DNA of 64,000 nt from a virus (lineage: Duplodnaviria > Caudoviricetes): IMG/VR virus record IMGVR_UViG_3300021426_000072, positions 1-64,000 of that record, one strand, 5' to 3'. Position numbers and translations under genes: made by a program. Positions 57,741 to 64,000 of the stretch are shown here, in pieces (position 1 is the stretch's first letter; each line of letters opens with the position of its first letter). The notes below the pieces were generated by a model. It was given only the letters and a program-made list of their open reading frames with translations, was not told the DNA's origin and made no database searches.

Positions 57741-57802
57741 TGATGGAGCTGGTGGTTCCGCTCCGAAAGCAACGTCGTGAGACGTGGCTTGTGGGAAACC
57801 AC
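57731..57802 (+). ncRNA. Hammerhead ribozyme, type I, with loop II pseudoknot
   Basis: Stem I TCCCAC/GTGGGA; core CTGATGA (57737-43) plus an extra T; stem II GGAGC/GCTCC; GAAA; stem III GC..ACGTC-GTGA-GACGT..GC; CUU cleavage triplet ending at 57790; loop II GTGGTT pairs with AACCAC (57797-802). Confidence 0.88.
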
Positions 57803-57846
57803 AACAGAATATGCAGCTATGCAATAAATAGCAGGAGGTTGCCGCT

Positions 57847-58071
57847 ATGAAGAAAGCAATCATCATCCTCGTTGCCCTTATTATTGTTTTTGTTGTCGGA
57901 TTTATGTCGGGAGCAAGAACAGTCCTCTTTGACTCTCCCAAATGGGTTGAAGAAGTCCACGGTCAGTACTTAATTGTTACTGACTTCTTTGGCAACGAAT
58001 ACGTTGACATGGCTGACAAAACTGGGCATATGTACTCGTATTTCTCTTATGTTGTCGAAAGAAGGCCTTGA
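57847..58071 (+). CDS. Small membrane-anchored or secreted protein
   Basis: AGGAGG RBS; MKK followed by a hydrophobic stretch. Confidence 0.7.
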   Translation: MKKAIIILVALIIVFVVGFMSGARTVLFDSPKWVEEVHGQYLIVTDFFGNEYVDMADKTGHMYSYFSYVVERRP

Positions 58072-58073
58072 AT

Positions 58074-58487
58074 ATGACAGGTTAGTGGCTTTATGACCCA
58101 ATACATCCCAGCCGGATCGACGAAGAGTTTTATGGATATTTCGAAGGAAAAGACGCCTTTGAAATATTCACAAGCTTTCTTGTCACTTTTTACGAGATAT
58201 CCGTTATGAACAAAGACAATCCTAACGGAGCTTATGCTCATAAGGTGTCGGCTGTTGTCAAAGAAGGTAGAGCATCTTATATCGTTGAGACATCATTTTA
58301 TGGATACTCTGCCGGAGAAGAGGAATGTCTAAGCGAAACAGACCTTTTCAGAGGATTAATAGATCGTTTACTCAACTATAAAAACTATATAAATCCGGTC
58401 GTTTACTCAAATAACGAAGGTCACTTTATTGAAGATAACGACCCAAGTGAGCTTGTTCCTATACTTCCAATAGAATTGCCTTTCTAA
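58074..58487 (+). CDS. Hypothetical protein with an in-frame TAG at codon 4 (readthrough, pseudogene, or true start at 58206)
   Basis: ATG 58074 follows the upstream stop with GAAAGAAGG; TAG at 58083-85; frame then open to TAA 58487. Confidence 0.5.
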
Positions 58488-58661
58488 GAATTTCGTCCTG
58501 AGCAAGACGTTAAAAGGCTTTTCTTAGTTTTGAAAATTCGAGCCTTGTGCTCTTTATATAAATTGCGAAGCTGCTGTCGCATAGAGTTCAGCAGTCGGTT
58601 AAAGCTCCGTTAAAAGCTTATTTTCAATTCCCAGAACACAAACAACAAGGAGGAAACTATC

Positions 58662-61103
58662 ATGAAACTCATCAACAAGATCAACCTCGCTGAAAACCAT
58701 GTGGAAAAGATCGCTCTCTTTGACTCTGCTCTCACCCGCAAATTCGACGATATGGGACTCGATCCCATCAACGTCATTTGCAAAATTTGCGCTGAAACCC
58801 CGAAGCGCAAGGAAGCCGAAGAGATTGTCAAGGCCACGCTGACCAACATGGTCGCGTCGGGCTTCATGTTCAACGGAAGCATCAACACGCCCTTCATGTC
58901 CGGTGCTTCTGACGGACGCAAAGCCACTTCAACGTGGATTAATCAGGACATTCTGCCCGGTATGGGAAAATGGGCGATGTGCGGACTTGTAAGCAAGAAA
59001 ATGGAGCTTGCCATCAATAAGTACATGTCATACACTGGACTTCTGTCTTCTGCAAGCAAGCCGTTCGATAAGGCATTCAGCAAGAAAATCGATATTCGGC
59101 GTGTTGCCGTAATCAAAGACGTAGATGTCATAGTCGATGCCATCGTTGACTATGTGTCAGCAACAGACGGGATCGAGAAAGAAAAGACCCGCCAGCTCGT
59201 CATCAATGCCTTTGATGGATTTGGATGCATCCGCATCGAACTTACCAACGGCGAATCTGTCACCATTCGTGCACCTTGGATGAAGGCGTTCGTACAGGCT
59301 ATTGACTTCAAGAAAGTATACGCTTGGTGTATCAAGAACGGAGTTAAAGCAGAGTTCGTTGATCGTTGGGGAACAACGTGGAAACTCAAAGACGTAGACA
59401 TGATTCTTACAGAAAGCTGCTTCAAAACAGCAAAACTGTACGATTCGTGGGAACAGTATTGCTCCGCTTTTGAAGAATTGAAACACGAAGTGTGCGTGTG
59501 TGTTCGTGAGCACGCACCTAAACTGAAAGGTCTTCCTTATCAGCAAGGGCAGACTCTTCTCGGCACTGAAGACGATGCAACGTCTTTCATGCAGCACGCC
59601 AAGGCTACCGTGTACAAGTACCATGAACCGAAGAACGCAGCTAAACTGCTCCGTGGATGGCAGCGGGTTGCTGCTAAGATTTATCCGGCTCTGATGAACG
59701 AACCGGAAACATATCGGACGATTCAGGAAGCATTCACCACCAAACGCAATGACATGCTTGGCGGACGTATCCCTGAACTGGGATATAATGCGTTTATTGC
59801 GCCCGATCCTGTGGCGTTTATCCAGCACCTGTTTGGACTGCCCATCACGGGATACCTGAAGGCTGGCGAATGCTTCTGTGCAGCCGCAAAACCCGGAACA
59901 GTAGACGTAACTCGTAATCCGCATTTGGACAATGCGCATGTGCTGCTAAATAACGTAACCTTCTGTCCTCTGGCTGAAGGTCCTACGATGTTTATCAACA
60001 TTTTCGACGCAACGACCATTCGTCTTCGTTGTGACTATGACGGTGACCACGTCTGGTACAGTCAGGATGAGCACCTGCTTGATCTTGTTGAAAGAACTTA
60101 CAGCGAACTGAAGAACATCCCGATTGACTGGGATGCTCCGAAAGCTCCGAAAGGACCTGTAAACAAGAAGACGATTGGTGAGTTCATCATCAATCTTATT
60201 CATGGATCAGAGATTGGTCTGTACGCAGACGCTCTGACTAAAATGTGGAACACCAAGTATGATCGTGAAGTGTGTGACTGGCTCACTTGGGCTGGCAACG
60301 TACTGATCGACGCAGCAAAGCACGGAAGTGTAAAGATTGAGAAACCTGACGCAGTCAAGAATCTCAATTATGTTTCACTTCCTCTGTTCGCCATGTATGC
60401 CAAGGCGGATGCTGATCATCCTGCCGGAAGTGACTATTGGCTCAAAGAACGGGTTACTTCTACTGGCATGGAACTTCCGCCTCGGTGTGCTTACTCTGGA
60501 TCTTTCTTGGATATGTATTCCAAGAAGATCAAAGAGAATATTCCTGAAGTGTTGGAAATTGAAGGTCTTAACGACCAGATGTTCGATTTCACTATGCTGA
60601 TGATCAACATTCACAGGAAAGTCGGAAACTTCGTTGGCTTATCAAAGAAGGGTGTATATGATCCAGAAACTAATACATTCAAAGATTGTGGACTGTTTCA
60701 GGACATCGCCTTCCGTCACAGCTCCCAGTGGAACGAACTGATCGGAAATGCTTCCTTCTTCGCAAACCGTCAGGAATGGGAAGAGGAAACAGGAAGAACA
60801 GCTCGGAAAGAGATTCTGGATTGGGCTTACGCTCAGTACCCGGACCTCGAACGTTCTCCTTCTATGGACGAACGTATTGACGATGCCTGCTATGACATCA
60901 TTCTTCGCAACATCTTCACTTCGAAGATGAGTGAAGGTATGGACAAAGTCGTAAAGCAGGCATTCTGGAGAATTTACGGAGATAAAGCCGTAGAAACTCT
61001 GAAGAGCAAACTTCATCCTGAACTTTCGGACGAAGAACTGCTTACTCTCCCTGACATCGATTGTGATGATGTTGAAGAACTGGTTAATCCTGACGAGGAT
61101 TAA
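58662..61103 (+). CDS. YonO-like single-subunit DNA-dependent RNA polymerase (non-virion RNAP)
   Basis: NKYMSY, FDGFG (D185), IRAPWMK (R203), TESCFK, YQQGQTL, TRNPHL (R418), CDYDGD (D458, nt 60033-60047), IDAAKHG; AGGAGG RBS. Confidence 0.9.
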   Translation: MKLINKINLAENHVEKIALFDSALTRKFDDMGLDPINVICKICAETPKRKEAEEIVKATLTNMVASGFMFNGSINTPFMSGASDGRKATSTWINQDILPGMGKWAMCGLVSKKMELAINKYMSYTGLLSSASKPFDKAFSKKIDIRRVAVIKDVDVIVDAIVDYVSATDGIEKEKTRQLVINAFDGFGCIRIELTNGESVTIRAPWMKAFVQAIDFKKVYAWCIKNGVKAEFVDRWGTTWKLKDVDMILTESCFKTAKLYDSWEQYCSAFEELKHEVCVCVREHAPKLKGLPYQQGQTLLGTEDDATSFMQHAKATVYKYHEPKNAAKLLRGWQRVAAKIYPALMNEPETYRTIQEAFTTKRNDMLGGRIPELGYNAFIAPDPVAFIQHLFGLPITGYLKAGECFCAAAKPGTVDVTRNPHLDNAHVLLNNVTFCPLAEGPTMFINIFDATTIRLRCDYDGDHVWYSQDEHLLDLVERTYSELKNIPIDWDAPKAPKGPVNKKTIGEFIINLIHGSEIGLYADALTKMWNTKYDREVCDWLTWAGNVLIDAAKHGSVKIEKPDAVKNLNYVSLPLFAMYAKADADHPAGSDYWLKERVTSTGMELPPRCAYSGSFLDMYSKKIKENIPEVLEIEGLNDQMFDFTMLMINIHRKVGNFVGLSKKGVYDPETNTFKDCGLFQDIAFRHSSQWNELIGNASFFANRQEWEEETGRTARKEILDWAYAQYPDLERSPSMDERIDDACYDIILRNIFTSKMSEGMDKVVKQAFWRIYGDKAVETLKSKLHPELSDEELLTLPDIDCDDVEELVNPDED

Positions 61104-61338
61104 CCTATGACTAAGCTGTGCTATCGGCTAGACGGGCTAAACACAAAAACGCCTAAGAATTCATACACGGGAGATCCACAGGGTCTCTCGTAATGAGTCC
61201 TTGGGACTCAACAAGGCCTGAGGGGGTCTTTTTTCTCTCCCCGGGCGATTTTTCTGCAGGGGGCATTTTTTGGCTTCGCCTCCCAGCTCATCTTAGCATG
61301 TTACTTGAATGCACCTATTGCTCACTTCAATCAGCATG

Positions 61339-61365
61339 ACGGGCAAGCCCTTCAGATGCTGTGAA
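61339..61365 (+). promoter_or_regulatory. Hairpin motif copy 1 (ACGGGCAAGCCC-TTCAGATGCTGTGAA)
   Basis: Variant of the motif at 61959 and 62946; about 40 nt before the ATG. Confidence 0.5.
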
Positions 61366-61405
61366 CTTACTTTTTGAAGTTCAATATTGAAAGGAGCGAA
61401 ACTAT

Positions 61406-61621
61406 ATGACCATTCGCAAGATGAATGAAGCCCAGCGTGTTGCCCAGATCAAGGTTGAAATGCAGAACCGACAGGAGAGCCTTGAAAGACTCGCCAACAA
61501 AGCGGAGAAGAACCTTTACCTCAGTCCTGACGAGATCGAGCTCGGTCGAGAACACGTGGCATGGATCAATCGCAACAAAAAGATCCTTCAGGACTTTTAC
61601 AAGCCTGCCACGAGGATATGA
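61406..61621 (+). CDS. Small hypothetical protein
   Basis: GAAAGGAG RBS; coiled-coil-like. Confidence 0.7.
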   Translation: MTIRKMNEAQRVAQIKVEMQNRQESLERLANKAEKNLYLSPDEIELGREHVAWINRNKKILQDFYKPATRI

Positions 61622-61873
61622 CCTTTTCCTGCCCCGGCTGCTGCTTTGCGCCGGTCGGGGTGGATGACTGTTCAAGATGTTCAACTCTGCCGTCTTGTTA
61701 TCAAGGCTGGCAGACTTGAGTACCTTGCGACATGTCCTACGTATAGAGAATGTTTTGCGGATCTTGCCAGTCTGCTTGACATTTTCTGTGCGGGTCGGGG
61801 TGGATTATGGGTCTGCCCCGATTCTACTCAGCAAGATACTTTGTTTTCTTCATGAGTTTCCTCCTTTTCTTTT

Positions 61874-61909
61874 GTGAGCTGGTACTGGGAGCCAGCTCAC
61901 TTTTTTTTT
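61874..61909 (+). terminator. Intrinsic terminator
   Basis: GTGAGCTGGT / GCCAGCTCAC followed by T9. Confidence 0.9.
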
Positions 61910-61958
61910 AAAAGCGGGGGGGATTTTTTCTCGCCTTCCAAACTTGCTCACCTTTCCT

Positions 61959-61987
61959 ACGGCGCAAGCGCCTGTAGATGCTATGAA
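61959..61987 (+). promoter_or_regulatory. Hairpin motif copy 2 (ACGGCGCAAGCGCC-TGTAGATGCTATGAA)
   Basis: Between a terminator and the RNase H RBS. Confidence 0.6.
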
Positions 61988-62021
61988 AATTATTTCTATT
62001 CAACAGAAAGGAGCCAAAACA

Positions 62022-62459
62022 ATGTATGACGTGATTATTTTCACGGACGGTGCTTGCTCTGGAAATCCCGGTGTTGGCGGTTACGGAGCTATCCTGACCT
62101 GCAAGGGTGTCGAGAAAGTCGTTCGTGGCTACTGCGCTCAGAAAACGACCAACAATCGTATGGAACTGATGGCTGTCATCTCTGCTCTGAAAGCCCTGAC
62201 CAAACCCTCCAATGTGGTTGTTTACACTGATGCTAACTACATCTGCCAGTGTGTCTCCCATGATCGCAAATGGCTGACAGACAAAGAACGTGTCAACAAT
62301 GACCTCTGGTTGGAGCTTATCACCACGGGTCTGAATGGCGGACATAAGATCACATTCCAGAAGGTAAAGGGTCACGACGGTGTCGTTATGAACGAACGTT
62401 GCGACAAGATTGCCAAGGAACAGTGCCGGAAAGCTCGTCATGAAGCTTTCAATAAGTAA
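62022..62459 (+). CDS. rnhA: Ribonuclease HI
   Basis: IFTDGACSGNPG, TTNNRMEL, YTD, N.DLW, KVKGH, NERCD; RBS GAAAGGAG before ATG 62022. Confidence 0.95.
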   Translation: MYDVIIFTDGACSGNPGVGGYGAILTCKGVEKVVRGYCAQKTTNNRMELMAVISALKALTKPSNVVVYTDANYICQCVSHDRKWLTDKERVNNDLWLELITTGLNGGHKITFQKVKGHDGVVMNERCDKIAKEQCRKARHEAFNK

Positions 62460-62479
62460 CGAACAAGGAGGAATGTCGG

Positions 62480-62671
62480 ATGCATGACCCTGAATTCACT
62501 CTGACCGAAACAGGATGCGTTGGCATCCTTCCTGACGGAACAGAGATGGAATTTGCAACTCAGGATGAATACATGGAACGCTACCATGAAGATGAGAATG
62601 AAATTTATGACGAAATGGCAGAAGCGTTCGATCATCCTGAATATCCTGAATACCCGGAGGACTGGTTTTGA
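62480..62671 (+). CDS. Small, highly acidic protein
   Basis: AAGGAGG RBS; very D/E-rich with almost no basic residues. Confidence 0.7.
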   Translation: MHDPEFTLTETGCVGILPDGTEMEFATQDEYMERYHEDENEIYDEMAEAFDHPEYPEYPEDWF

Positions 62672-62946
62672 TGTTTATCTTCTACGGTCTTTTAATCCTG
62701 GGCCTCATTGTACTGGCGTTTCTCGGAGGTAAATGCATCTCTGATTCATACAATCAATGCATTATCGAAGAACTGCGTTATCAGCTCCGGCTTTACCAAA
62801 CAAAAGAAGGTATCGGATATCTTGCACCTCCTGTGAAACCAAGAAGGAGAATGTACATGCCTATCGGCCAGCCATTTATGGACAAGCTGAAAGAAAACGG
62901 GCGTGCTACCCAACAAATCTCCTCTTCCCAACAATCAGGGGAGTGA
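62668..62946 (+). CDS. Small membrane protein
   Basis: N-terminal hydrophobic helix; coupled to the upstream stop. Confidence 0.65.
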   Translation: MMFIFYGLLILGLIVLAFLGGKCISDSYNQCIIEELRYQLRLYQTKEGIGYLAPPVKPRRRMYMPIGQPFMDKLKENGRATQQISSSQQSGE

Positions 62947-62974
62947 CGGCGCAAGCGCCTGTAAATACCATGAA
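62946..62974 (+). promoter_or_regulatory. Hairpin motif copy 3 (ACGGCGCAAGCGCC-TGTAAATACCATGAA)
   Basis: First 18 nt identical to copy 2; heads the structured ssb leader. Confidence 0.6.
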
Positions 62975-63138
62975 GGATAACCATCAATCCTTCAACTCGG
63001 CGTCCCACACCAATGAGTATAAAAATGCCGCCGTGGGATAGACTATCTCGGTCGATAAAAGAGGAGCCGCATACGGGTTGAACAGTATGACTCCAACAGA
63101 AAGTAAACCACAAAAGAAATTATTCGGAGGTAAGAAGA

Positions 63139-63510
63139 ATGAATCGTGCGTTTATTATCGGACATGTTACCAAGGACGCTGAAACCCGTTCCGTGAATGT
63201 GAAAGGCATTCCTACCCTGGTTACTGACTTCACCGTCGCCGCCAACGAAGGCTACGGCGAGAACCAGACGACAGCCTATTACCGGGTGTCCATCTGGCGT
63301 GATCGTGGAGCGAAGATGGCTCCGCATCTGGTGAAGGGCCGCGCCGTGAGTATCGCCGGTATCCCGTCCGTCCGGGCATGGAAGGATAACAACGGTGATC
63401 CGCGTGCCCAGCTGGAAATGACGAACCCCACTGTCGAGTTCATCGGCAAGAAGCCGTCTGATCCTGATGACCTGCCCTTCGCAGCGGAGGCCGTCGAAGA
63501 AGAGGCGTAA
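63139..63510 (+). CDS. ssb: Single-stranded DNA-binding protein
   Basis: MNRAFIIGHVTKDAE...FTVAAN...LVKG..V.I.G; acidic tail with DDLPF. Confidence 0.92.
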   Translation: MNRAFIIGHVTKDAETRSVNVKGIPTLVTDFTVAANEGYGENQTTAYYRVSIWRDRGAKMAPHLVKGRAVSIAGIPSVRAWKDNNGDPRAQLEMTNPTVEFIGKKPSDPDDLPFAAEAVEEEA

Positions 63511-63523
63511 TGTATTCCCATAT

Positions 63524-63561
63524 GAGAGTCTGACTTGTTGAAAGTCAGGCTCTCTTTTTTT
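63524..63561 (+). terminator. Intrinsic terminator
   Basis: GAGAGTCTGACTT / AAGTCAGGCTCTC followed by T7. Confidence 0.9.
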
Positions 63562-63596
63562 GTTCTTTTTACGAAACCGTTCGGTACCGAACTTTG

Positions 63597-63623
63597 AAGC
63601 CATTTAAAAAATGCTATAAGGGA
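63597..63623 (+). promoter_or_regulatory. Candidate phage promoter, class II (AAGCCATTTAAAAAATGCTATAAGGGA)
   Basis: Between a terminator and the next RBS; matches 21391-21418 and 56975-57000. Confidence 0.5.
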
Positions 63624-63656
63624 AGTACTGATTTTTTCAATGAGCGAGGTTTTTTC

Positions 63657-63926
63657 ATGGAAACGTGTTTTAACTACTGTGACGATAAACAAGCTTTTTT
63701 TTCATCAGACGAGCGAAAATGGATTACGAGAATCCGTAAGCTCCAAGCACAGAATCCAGATGAAGTAATTATTCTGCGACAGCCTGAGACAAACGACGGC
63801 TGTATTTACGCAAAGCTTCCTGCTTCATATCTGAAAGTACAGCCAAAGAAGAAAATGGTAATGACAGAAGAGCGAAAAGAACAACTCATGAAGCAGTTGG
63901 AGAAGACAAGAAAGAAACCTAAGTAA
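63657..63926 (+). CDS. Phage hypothetical protein (METCFNY...SSDERKWITRI)
   Basis: GAGG RBS before ATG 63657. Confidence 0.7.
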   Translation: METCFNYCDDKQAFFSSDERKWITRIRKLQAQNPDEVIILRQPETNDGCIYAKLPASYLKVQPKKKMVMTEERKEQLMKQLEKTRKKPK

Positions 63927-64000
63927 CTTTGGGAGATTTTGATTAAATCAGGGCTTCTAAATTCAAGGATGACCAAATTATCGTTTTTGTATCTGGAGGC

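Noticed and set aside
59157-59939. 260-aa minus-strand ORF
   Set aside because: Antisense shadow of the RNAP gene
61111-61140. AAGCTGTGCTATCGGCTAGACGGGCT after the RNAP stop, possible small RNA motif
   Set aside because: Single copy with weak pairing; could not be assigned
62995-63060. Pistol ribozyme call
   Set aside because: Only the P1/ATAAA start resembles pistol; loop size and downstream core do not match
1-64000. tRNA, rRNA, integrase, lysis genes
   Set aside because: None recognised in this window

Overview
This window comes from a large tailed phage of siphovirus type. The host is probably Bacillota/Clostridia, judging from AGGAGG ribosome-binding sites (RBS) and an SPbeta-like head module. 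Bases 1-56,937 are one minus-strand morphogenesis region. In order of transcription it holds terminases, portal, prohead protease, capsid, neck, tail tube, frameshifted tail chaperones, a 4,632-aa tape measure protein (TMP), an inserted fibre cassette, Dit, Tal/central fibre, and many fibre/adhesin genes, including a CotH-kinase-like giant protein and a GT2 glycosyltransferase. After a repeat- and hairpin-rich switch region (~57.0-57.4 kb), a GC-richer plus-strand early region encodes a YonO-like single-subunit RNA polymerase (RNAP), RNase HI, SSB and small proteins. The main finding is that the TMP N-terminus carries a complete second two-barrel RNAP domain (DG...R..G.KG...RYP...GGDFDGD...FAKTG), then a PD-(D/E)XK nuclease domain, ahead of the ordinary TMP core. 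This suggests a tail-delivered virion RNAP plus nuclease working with a non-virion RNAP. The early region also contains a pseudoknotted type I hammerhead ribozyme, a family of small pseudoknots with A-rich linkers, and three copies of a hairpin motif that is a candidate promoter. A second candidate promoter class precedes the late operons. All calls come from reading motifs by eye; no searches or folding programs were run.
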